Shown here: piece after piece, positions 41,878-49,854 of the stretch
How the letters are laid out: each line of letters starts with the position of its first letter
Position numbering within the stretch: the stretch's first letter is position 1
Origin: Candidatus Saccharimonadales bacterium
Lineage (GTDB): Bacteria > Patescibacteriota > Saccharimonadia > Saccharimonadales > UBA10212
DNA length: 64,000 nucleotides
Reading direction: 5' to 3'
NCBI GenBank assembly: GCA_049521895.1
Contig: JBEKOJ010000001.1
Location: 34,717 to 98,716 of the forward strand
Program-made: the position numbers and the translations under genes
Notes under the pieces: generated by a model
What the model saw: only the letters and a program-made list of their open reading frames with translations
Database searches by the model: none
What the model was told of the DNA's origin: nothing

Positions 41878-42755
41878 TCCGTAACCCATTTACTCGTCAC
41901 CGGTCACGAACCCCCCCTATAAAGGCTAGAAATACCCCCGCGACCAAATATTACCGTTCTGGCAGTATCTCGGGCGAGAGCAGTCCCTTTGAAAGCCAAA
42001 AACTAAAAAAACAAAACCCTGCGGCACGCAAAGTGTTGTTTAGCGTGGCCGATATCGCGGTAATTGTAGCTATACTGGCTATTTTGGTCTACAGTTTGAT
42101 CGTCCGGCCGGATCCGCAAATCTCAACTAGCTCCACCGTTTACCGTCCAGCAGCAGTTTACGAACAGGCAACTATCAAACAGTTTCAAATACTAAAAAAC
42201 CGCAACAAAATCTCGCTTGATGAACAAGAGATAGTCAAAGACCTGCAGGCGCAATTCCCGGAGATTGCCGGCGCTTCGGTAGAACTACCTCTGTTCAGCG
42301 AAACACCGATAGTTCACCTTAACATTGCTCTACCCAGCTTTTTCTTAACTAGTAATAACACTAATTATATCGTTGACTCAGAAGGTTGCGTTGTTGCCAG
42401 AGCCAGTTCTTTGCCGAAAATTAAGAACCTGACACAAGTAACAGACCAAAGCGGATTTAACATCAAGCTTGGCCAACCAGCCATGAGCTCCGCAAACGTG
42501 GCGTTTATTGGTGCGCTATTGGCTGAACTCAAACGCGCCCAAGTACCAGTAAGCTCGTTAACACTACCGCCTCTGGCCCAAGAGCTGGATGTGCGGACTG
42601 CCGACCACGGCTATTACATAAAATTCTTTCTGGGAGACGATGTATTACAAGAAACCGGACAATTTTTGGCTGCCCGTCACAATTTTGCCACTACCAACAC
42701 CCAACCTTCAGAATACCTAGACGTACGAGTACTTGGTAAAATCTATTATAAATAG
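41874..42755 (+). CDS. FtsQ/DivIB-like bitopic division protein
   Basis: Cytoplasmic basic N-terminus, one TM, POTRA-like ectodomain. Call rests on position after murG. TTG start overlaps the murG stop. Confidence 0.5.
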   Translation: MIRNPFTRHRSRTPPIKARNTPATKYYRSGSISGESSPFESQKLKKQNPAARKVLFSVADIAVIVAILAILVYSLIVRPDPQISTSSTVYRPAAVYEQATIKQFQILKNRNKISLDEQEIVKDLQAQFPEIAGASVELPLFSETPIVHLNIALPSFFLTSNNTNYIVDSEGCVVARASSLPKIKNLTQVTDQSGFNIKLGQPAMSSANVAFIGALLAELKRAQVPVSSLTLPPLAQELDVRTADHGYYIKFFLGDDVLQETGQFLAARHNFATTNTQPSEYLDVRVLGKIYYK

Positions 42756-42781
42756 CTGCCTGCAGTTATAATTGGTGCCAG

Positions 42782-43696
42782 ATGATCAAAGCCAAAAACC
42801 TGAGCAAAAAATATGGCCAGAAACTAGCCGTTGATGACCTGTCTTTTGAGGTTGACACCGGTAGAGTTACTGGCTTTTTGGGCCCTAATGGTGCTGGTAA
42901 AAGTACCACCATACGTCTAATGCTTGGGCTGGATAATGGCAAGGGTATTACTACTTATGATGGTAAGCAGCTTCACGAGTACACCCAGCCCTCTAAAATT
43001 GTTGGGATTCTACTCGAAGCCAAAGCTTTTCATCCCACACGTACAGCGCGCAACCATCTTAAGGTTCTGGCTGCCGAAGGTAGTATCGATTATAAAAGAG
43101 TCGATGAGGTCTTGGATGTTGTTGGCCTAACAGATGTGGCTAAAAGCAAACCCGGCAAGTTCTCACTGGGTATGAGTCAGCGACTGGGCATCGCTGCAGC
43201 GGTACTTGGCAAGCCGAAATATTTAATTTTGGATGAACCGGCTAATGGACTGGACCCCGAAGGTATCGCCTGGCTTCGCCAGTTTTTACGCGATTATGCC
43301 AACGAGGGCAACGGCGTACTGGTTTCCAGCCATTTGCTCAGCGAAATGTCCCAAATGGCCGATGACGTGGTGGTGATAGGCAAGGGGAGACTGATCGTTA
43401 ATACCTCCGTAGACAAACTTACGGCTGGCGCTAGCAGCTCGGTATTCGTGAGGACCAGCAACCTTGCGGATCTTGAGAAGACTCTCTTAGCTGCTAAACT
43501 TAAATTTGAAAAAGAGGGCCGGGGGCTCGCTGTCAGCTCGGCCAGCACTGATGAAATCGGTAAATTGGCCCACCAGGCTAGAGTGACGGTCTTGGAGTTA
43601 ACTGCCCGTACTGCCTCTTTGGAGCAGGCATTTTTGGAGCTGACTGAAGGCACCGAAGAATTCCAAGCACATGCGAACGAGGATAAAAAGTCATGA
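42782..43696 (+). CDS. ABC transporter ATP-binding protein (ABC-2/DrrA-like)
   Basis: Sequence GPNGAGKST, FSLGMSQRL, LILDEPANGLD. TATAAT sits 9 nt before the ATG. Confidence 0.85.
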   Translation: MIKAKNLSKKYGQKLAVDDLSFEVDTGRVTGFLGPNGAGKSTTIRLMLGLDNGKGITTYDGKQLHEYTQPSKIVGILLEAKAFHPTRTARNHLKVLAAEGSIDYKRVDEVLDVVGLTDVAKSKPGKFSLGMSQRLGIAAAVLGKPKYLILDEPANGLDPEGIAWLRQFLRDYANEGNGVLVSSHLLSEMSQMADDVVVIGKGRLIVNTSVDKLTAGASSSVFVRTSNLADLEKTLLAAKLKFEKEGRGLAVSSASTDEIGKLAHQARVTVLELTARTASLEQAFLELTEGTEEFQAHANEDKKS

Positions 43697-44490
43697 TACC
43701 AACCATGAAAGCCGAATTCAGAAAGCTGCTCACTGTCCGCTCGACTTATGTTATTTCGCTTGTCTTCCTTTTGCTGGCGGGTTTTTTGGCTTTTTACGTT
43801 CAGGGGTTCAAAAACTCAGCTGATCTAAACCTTACCAATGGTACCGCCAGGTTTTTCGTAGCCGGTACTATTACCCAAATTGCCGACACGCTTGCGGTCG
43901 CTGGAGCCCTGATCGCTTTGTTGCTACTGGCGCACGAATACCGCTACAACACCATTGTTTATACCCTCACCACCAGTAACAGCCGTAGCAAGGTTATGGC
44001 ATCTAAGATTGTCGCTATCCTTGTCTACGTATTCATTTTCGCTTTGGCTGCTGCTGCGATCGTACTCGGTTTAATATGGGCCGGGGTGGCGGCCAGCGGG
44101 CACAGCATACCGCATCAAGATATCAGTTACCTGACTTATTTAGCCAAGACCATATTTTTATGCGAAGCTGATGCCATGGCCGGATTATTATTTATCTCGT
44201 TAATTCGTAACCAAGTTGGTGCTATAGCCGCCCTGTTCATAATCCCAAACACCGTGGAGGGCCTACTGAGCTTGCTGCTTAAGCATAATTCTATTTACAT
44301 GCCCTTTACGGCACTGCAGCAGGTAATCCAGCCTCCTGTCGTCAATGGCATAGCGGCCTCTCATCGAACGCGTGATATGACAACGGGCTACTTATCCGCG
44401 CCAAGAGGGGCGTTAGTGTTCTTAGCGTATCTTATCGTTGGCTGGATTATCACCTGGTACTTATTCCTCCGCCGCGATGCCACCACCTAA
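43693..44490 (+). CDS. ABC-2 family permease
   Basis: 6-TM protein. ATGA overlap with the ATPase gene. Confidence 0.6.
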   Translation: MIPTMKAEFRKLLTVRSTYVISLVFLLLAGFLAFYVQGFKNSADLNLTNGTARFFVAGTITQIADTLAVAGALIALLLLAHEYRYNTIVYTLTTSNSRSKVMASKIVAILVYVFIFALAAAAIVLGLIWAGVAASGHSIPHQDISYLTYLAKTIFLCEADAMAGLLFISLIRNQVGAIAALFIIPNTVEGLLSLLLKHNSIYMPFTALQQVIQPPVVNGIAASHRTRDMTTGYLSAPRGALVFLAYLIVGWIITWYLFLRRDATT

Positions 44491-44544
44491 TGAGTAAGAG
44501 CAGGGAATTGTTGTAAAAATTAAGTAAGATATACTTATACTCAA

Positions 44545-45099
44545 ATGACCCGTGTCAGCCATACTGATGAATTCTCAATTGTTCTGCATCTTGATAACAA
44601 ATCAAGCCGAGATATTGCGAAAATACGGAATCTGCTACCAAACTCTCCGTATAGGGACGATAAGCCACACATAACACTTCTTCAAGGCATTGTTGCCCCA
44701 AGGCATATTAGCGACGATGAGCTCCTGTCCATTCTAAGCTCGTTACTAAAAAGCATTCTCAAAATCCATCCGCACGCCTATGTGCACGATATATCCAACA
44801 CGCCCGGCGGCCACTATACTACAACAAGTATTGTTGAGCTGACTTCTTCGACTGAGCTACAACAAGAACACGTAAAATTAATAAAGGCTTTGGGGAGCGC
44901 TGACTTTAGATTGGGCAGAGCCAGCCATACCTATAGTCCGCATATAACTATACGTCTTGGGGTCCTATTGAGTGGCGATGCCTTAGATACTGCTGCACAG
45001 CTATTTCCGAAGGGAAGAGAGGTGGAGGTTGACAGATGGGCAATTTTACGGCTAGCTGACCGGCGGCATACCCGGCCATCATATGAATTAGATCCATAA
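44545..45099 (+). CDS. 2H phosphoesterase superfamily protein (LigT-like)
   Basis: Two HxT motifs (PHITLLQG and PHITIRLG). 184 aa. Confidence 0.5.
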   Translation: MTRVSHTDEFSIVLHLDNKSSRDIAKIRNLLPNSPYRDDKPHITLLQGIVAPRHISDDELLSILSSLLKSILKIHPHAYVHDISNTPGGHYTTTSIVELTSSTELQQEHVKLIKALGSADFRLGRASHTYSPHITIRLGVLLSGDALDTAAQLFPKGREVEVDRWAILRLADRRHTRPSYELDP

Positions 45100-45479
45100 G
45101 GCTGATAACATAAGTAAGACATCCTCTCCTCCTCTAGTTCGTAATTTGTTCAAGAGTTTAATAAAATTAATTGGATAGGGAAAAAGCATACTCTGCTAAC
45201 ATTTTGTGAAAAGTCAAATAAAAATTAAATCGCCAGAAAAGTAGAGGAAACTATACAAAAATATGAAAGTGGCGAAAGTCAAATAGCTGAATATGCCTGT
45301 GGATAACTTAGGCACTTTTCACGGAAATTTTACGACACCGCGGAGAGTAATAAGTACAGTAATATTAAATGGCCGAGGACAGTGTGGTGTTGTGGGCCAG
45401 TATGGCAATTATATGCCAGACGCTTAAAACTCCCCTGTTAGCAGGGGTATTGGCATATCAACCCAAGCCTAATATATAG

Positions 45480-45507
45480 AGTCGCAAAATATACATTGTG
45501 CGACCTT
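45480..45507. other. dif-like 28-bp site (candidate Xer recombination site)
   Basis: Minus strand reads aggtcgcacaa TGTATA ttttgcgactc. Arms are inverted (GTCGCAMAA). It lies in the 600-bp gap where gene orientation converges. Confidence 0.3.
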
Positions 45508-45708
45508 ATGTTTATAGCTAGCTTTGTTATTACCCTGTGTTCCGTATGGCTGCTATTTTTCACACGGCTAATTTTTGTAATTAATTTTTATGATGCTGGC
45601 CGGCCCTGCACCCACCGCATCGATTCTAGTAGTACCTGTCTACCCGGCTCTTGACGATAGTGTTCGTAAAATGTTCGGCAGCACTTGAAATCAATCAATC
45701 ATATTTGT

Positions 45709-48387
45709 TTAACGGAAGCGAACGATATACTCGTCACTAGAATCAGCCAGTTTATTGTCGCTGCTGTCGGCTTGCTTTTGTCGTTGAGTTGTAGCGCCCC
45801 CGTCTTGACGTTGCTGTCCTTGGTTTTTGCGCCCACCGCGCCGGGTACGTTTGCGCTTTGGTGCTCCAGTAGAACCACCGCTATCACTACTAACATTGCT
45901 GAGCAGGCTTGCCGCGATTTTACCTAAATTGCCGCCGTAGGGTTTGGCGCCGCTGCGTGCAGTTTCTGCTCGCTGTTTAGCGATTTCGTTCAACTGTGCT
46001 TGAGCTTTTGGCCGAGCCACTTGTGGGGCAGCCTGAGGGTTATTTGCTAGGTCTGTAAGATCCAAACCAGTGTTTTTGCGGATCAGAGCATCTACGGATG
46101 CACGGTCCTTAGTGTAGCGTTCGCGTGATAGTTCTATGATGCGGCTGCTGGAGTCATCCGGCGGTTCGGGCAGGTTTAGTGTTTTGGCCGAGAAAGCCGG
46201 AGCTTTCTCGCCGCCGATGGTCATAGTGGCTACAAAATAGCGGTTGTGCTGCTGGATCAGGTCTCCGGCTTCAAACTGCGGCTCGAAATATTTAACCAAA
46301 AATGGTGCATCATCGGGACTGACGCGGAAACAGACGATAGTACCAACGTTACCGAACACCGCATTACGCACCGGCTCTTCCATCTGTGAAATGTACTGGT
46401 TGGCCACAGTTAAATTAAGCGCGTATTTGCGGGCCTCACTTAAAATGGTAGCAAAAGATTCCGTGGCAAAGACCTGGAACTCATCAACATAAAGGTAGAA
46501 CGGTCGGCGCTCGGCTTCTGGTACATCAGCACGTCCCATGGCGGCCAGCTGGATTTTGGTAACCATCATGGCGCCCAAAATACCGGCGTTATCTTCACCC
46601 ATCAGGCCGCGACTAAGATTGACTATCAGGATTTTTCCTTGGTCCATGATCTGGCGGAGGTTAAACGTACTCTTGGGCTGGCCGATGATATTCCTCACCA
46701 TCGGATTAGCTGTAAATGCACCAACTTTGTTGAGCACTGGTGCGACTGCCTCGGACGCGAACCTGTCATTCCAGCTGGCGAATTCCGTGACCCAAAAATT
46801 TTTGACCACCGGATCATCTATGTAACCGATGACGCCCGACCGGAATTTCTTGTCTGTCAGCATCCTCGTGATATCCAACATAGTGGAATTCGGGTAATCA
46901 AGCAGGGCTAGCAGCGTGTAGCGTAGAATATATTCCAGACGCGGACCCCAGCTTTCGGCGAACAAACGTTTAAGTACGCCAACCAGCTCGGAGCTGATAT
47001 GGCCCTTCAGGGTCGGATCGGTAATTTCCAGCGGGTTGAAGCCTATTGGGTGCTCAGTGTCGGCAGGGTTGAAATAAACCACATCATCTATGCGCCGTTC
47101 AGGAATGAATTTCAACACATGCTGGGCATAGTCACCGTGTGGATCGATTACCGCGAAGCCCTGGTTGTAGTAAATATCTGATAAAGTAAACAGCTCCAGT
47201 GCGCCGGATTTACCGGTGCCGGTCTGCCCCAAAATGTAAACATGCCGGCCGCGGTCCTCGCGCAGCAGTCCAAAAACAGTATTATCGCCGCGGAAATTGG
47301 TTACACCAAACAGGCTAATATCACTCTCTGGAGAGCTCGCCAGAGTGGGCACATTTGAGGGCGGCTCGGCAGTTTTAGTGTTTGCCCAGACTATGTTAGG
47401 TGTTTCCACCGTAGTGTGCGGCAAATGGAAGATACTAGCCAGCTCCTCGATATTTAAGATGTAGCCTTTATCAATAAACAAACGCGCTTGGTATTCGATT
47501 TGCCGGTCGCGGTTAAAGTTCGCCCTCCTAGCTTCAAAGCCATTGAGATTAGTTGTGTTGAATTGCTTAAATGCCCCCACCAGCGCCTGCATACGCAGGC
47601 GAGCGGTGTATTGATCGTGTCCGGCGTACAGCAGCCGGATTTTCACCTGGTATCCTAGCTTAGTCCCCTTCTGTTCTATGGCAGTGATGCGCGATTTGTC
47701 CCGCTCAGATATCTCTGGTTCTTTGCGTCCGCCACCGACTCCAGTTTCTGGTGGTTTAGCTAAGGCTCCAAAAACCTGGCTGGCGTAGCTTAGGGTGGCC
47801 CCACCTGCCCCGCTACTGAATAATCCGCCGCCGCGGCGAATGCGTTCGATAACCCTCGCTCCCCTGCGATGCCAGTCATCGGGTATTGGACGGACTATAA
47901 TTTGTATCCACATTTCTTCGTCTTGGCCGTCTAATTTGGCCAAAGTTGCAGTGATAGCGGCCAGTGGGTCTACCTCGAAACTAGGGAAAGTTTTAATTGG
48001 CAGTGTCTCATTGTCTGTTAATACCAATTCGGCGCTGTGGATTACTGTTTGGGACAGCGGCCTGTCGGCATAATCTTCGTCCTGTTCGTAAATCTGTACT
48101 GTAGGATACTGTGCATAGATCTGGCCCTCAACAAAGGCTTGTAAGTGCTTGGGAGTCCAGATATAAAAGCGTAGACGTTGGCCGATCGCTGCCATTTCCA
48201 AACTGAAATGTTCCTGAAGAGTTCCTGAGAGCCTTAGCTCGCGTTTAGGCCGTAAAATACCGTGAAGGGCAGCCAGCATCTGCTCCGCTGCCAATTCTTT
48301 TTTGTCGTTTGTGCGGGGAATCTCCAGCATCAGCAGACAATGCTCATGCCCGGGCGCTGCTTTTTTTGCTCCACTAAATATTTTCAT
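45709..48387 (-). CDS. orphan FtsK/HerA/VirD4-superfamily P-loop ATPase (TraD/TraG coupling-protein-like)
   Basis: Walker A GQTGTGKSG, AVIDPHGDY, Walker B FYLYVDEFQVF, then ANQYISQ. Unknown ~370-aa N-domain and a basic low-complexity tail. Confidence 0.55.
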   Translation of the reverse strand: MKIFSGAKKAAPGHEHCLLMLEIPRTNDKKELAAEQMLAALHGILRPKRELRLSGTLQEHFSLEMAAIGQRLRFYIWTPKHLQAFVEGQIYAQYPTVQIYEQDEDYADRPLSQTVIHSAELVLTDNETLPIKTFPSFEVDPLAAITATLAKLDGQDEEMWIQIIVRPIPDDWHRRGARVIERIRRGGGLFSSGAGGATLSYASQVFGALAKPPETGVGGGRKEPEISERDKSRITAIEQKGTKLGYQVKIRLLYAGHDQYTARLRMQALVGAFKQFNTTNLNGFEARRANFNRDRQIEYQARLFIDKGYILNIEELASIFHLPHTTVETPNIVWANTKTAEPPSNVPTLASSPESDISLFGVTNFRGDNTVFGLLREDRGRHVYILGQTGTGKSGALELFTLSDIYYNQGFAVIDPHGDYAQHVLKFIPERRIDDVVYFNPADTEHPIGFNPLEITDPTLKGHISSELVGVLKRLFAESWGPRLEYILRYTLLALLDYPNSTMLDITRMLTDKKFRSGVIGYIDDPVVKNFWVTEFASWNDRFASEAVAPVLNKVGAFTANPMVRNIIGQPKSTFNLRQIMDQGKILIVNLSRGLMGEDNAGILGAMMVTKIQLAAMGRADVPEAERRPFYLYVDEFQVFATESFATILSEARKYALNLTVANQYISQMEEPVRNAVFGNVGTIVCFRVSPDDAPFLVKYFEPQFEAGDLIQQHNRYFVATMTIGGEKAPAFSAKTLNLPEPPDDSSSRIIELSRERYTKDRASVDALIRKNTGLDLTDLANNPQAAPQVARPKAQAQLNEIAKQRAETARSGAKPYGGNLGKIAASLLSNVSSDSGGSTGAPKRKRTRRGGRKNQGQQRQDGGATTQRQKQADSSDNKLADSSDEYIVRFR

Positions 48388-48528
48388 AAGAGTTATAACT
48401 CTGGTCTTTATTATACATCTGTTGAGCGAAGTACCCGTAATAAAAATGGGTCAAGCGTAGTGCAACCCGAGCGATGGTTTAGATCACCCGGCGTGTAACG
48501 CACACTTTTATTACGGGTACGAGCGACT

Positions 48529-49566
48529 TTATTCGGCCAGGCCGTAAGTAGCCTTAGCCACTCTTTTGAACTGAGACTTACCCTGTAAATTAAGTAGTAT
48601 GGTCGTTTCCTTGACTTGACGGCTTTTAAGTACGCGCCGAACTATTTCGTCACGGTGTAGCGGGCCGCCCTCTTTGTGCAAGACTTCGGCGATCACATCA
48701 GCAACAGTACCCTTTTTGTAGCCCCACTCCTTAAGTGCGTATATCCCCCGCCCGATCAGTACAAAGCGTTTGTCCTTGATAAGTTCATTATGAATCGCCT
48801 GGGTAGTCACGTCCTTGCGCTTGAAATCACTCTTTTTAATTGCTGTAGCGATCTCAGAGAAGTGCATGGGCTTTTTGACGTCGTGCAAAATCACGTAGAT
48901 CTTATCGCGGATGTTCTTGGGGTTAACCATCGGCCATTTAATAAGTCCCCAACGGCCATGCAAGTGCGCCAGTTGCTTGGATATGCTAGCCAAAGCCTCG
49001 ACATTCTTGCTGTCGGTGGAGCCAACTTGCTTAGCCACACTGCCAATATCAGTCGGTTCGCCAATTTTGTTAATGGCATCTATGATTTTAGCAACCTGCT
49101 GAACAATGGCTTTTTCGCTATGTTCAGGCGCCAAACCCAAAGCGTGGAAGAAACTATCGTTATCGCTGATCACAGCTATACTGGGGCTGAGCTGCGCCAA
49201 AAAAGCAACGCGGGCTTGGTCAACTTTGGAGTTGCCGGGAGTCAGGCGGGCGGATACGTCGCTGACACGGGCCACCTTGCCCATTACCTTTAAGTGTTCG
49301 CCCAATACTTTCTCAACCTCTTCAATATTGGCTAAATCTTTTTCAGCAGCGATTTTAAGCCTAGTCAGAATGGATTTTTCTAATTGGCGGACACGCTCAC
49401 GGGTAATACCCAAAAGTTCGCCAATTTGCTCCAGCGTTTCACGGCGGTCAAACAGTCCAAAACGGCGGGAAATTATCTCCCGCTCCCGCTCACGTTCAAT
49501 AGTGCCCAAAATGTCTTGGACCACATTTTCTACATTAAATTGTGTCTTGGATAGACTGTCTTCCAT
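48529..49566 (-). CDS. sigma-70 region-4-like HTH protein with C-terminal HARE-HTH-like winged helix modules
   Basis: Sequence ETLEQIGELLGITRERVRQLEKSIL (sigma r4-type HTH) and C-terminal MHFSEIATAI...IGRGIYALKEWGY. Confidence 0.5.
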   Translation of the reverse strand: MEDSLSKTQFNVENVVQDILGTIEREREREIISRRFGLFDRRETLEQIGELLGITRERVRQLEKSILTRLKIAAEKDLANIEEVEKVLGEHLKVMGKVARVSDVSARLTPGNSKVDQARVAFLAQLSPSIAVISDNDSFFHALGLAPEHSEKAIVQQVAKIIDAINKIGEPTDIGSVAKQVGSTDSKNVEALASISKQLAHLHGRWGLIKWPMVNPKNIRDKIYVILHDVKKPMHFSEIATAIKKSDFKRKDVTTQAIHNELIKDKRFVLIGRGIYALKEWGYKKGTVADVIAEVLHKEGGPLHRDEIVRRVLKSRQVKETTILLNLQGKSQFKRVAKATYGLAE

Positions 49567-49615
49567 GGTTAGTTCTTCCCTGTTATGCGGCCTTTTGCCG
49601 CTTTAGGTTACTACA

Positions 49616-49644
49616 ATTATATAACTTTAATTTTTAAAAGTCAA
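49616..49644 (-). promoter_or_regulatory. promoter TTGACT-17-TATAAT (minus strand) for 48529..49566
   Basis: + strand attata at 49616-49621 and agtcaa at 49639-49644, with a 17-bp spacer. Confidence 0.55.
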
Positions 49645-49649
49645 CCCAA

Positions 49650-49721
49650 GTGGAACAATTCAGCAAAGCTAAAGTTCCACGGGTTACCTTGTGGAATTTC
49701 ACCGTAGAAGAACTATTCCAC
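49650..49721. promoter_or_regulatory. two tandem 7-N17-7 inverted repeats GTGGAAY-N17-RTTCCAC
   Basis: Pairs at 49650-49656/49674-49680 and 49691-49697/49715-49721. The units are 41 bp apart, immediately upstream of the -35. Confidence 0.5.
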
Positions 49722-49854
49722 AGGGCAAACTTTACTGAACAATATTATTTTATCACTATTTAGACGTGATAGCACAATCCGTTTATGTATATTTTTCTAC
49801 AAAAATTTCTTGCCAAACTGTAAAAGTTGTGGATAAATGCTGTAAATGATAGCT

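Noticed and set aside
48676-49606. + strand ORFs (205 aa, 166 aa) opposite the sigma-r4/HARE-HTH gene
   Set aside because: They are antisense to a gene with a clear HTH motif, a consensus promoter and an SD. Their products are Ser/Leu/Cys-rich without motifs.
33779-49836. Perfect DnaA-box 9-mers (TTATCCACA at 33779-33787; TGTGGATAA at 45298-45306 and 49828-49836) as evidence for oriC
   Set aside because: These are isolated single boxes with no dnaA/dnaN nearby and no clustered boxes with an AT-rich unwinding element. Gene orientation around 45 kb converges, which is terminus-like, rather than diverges.
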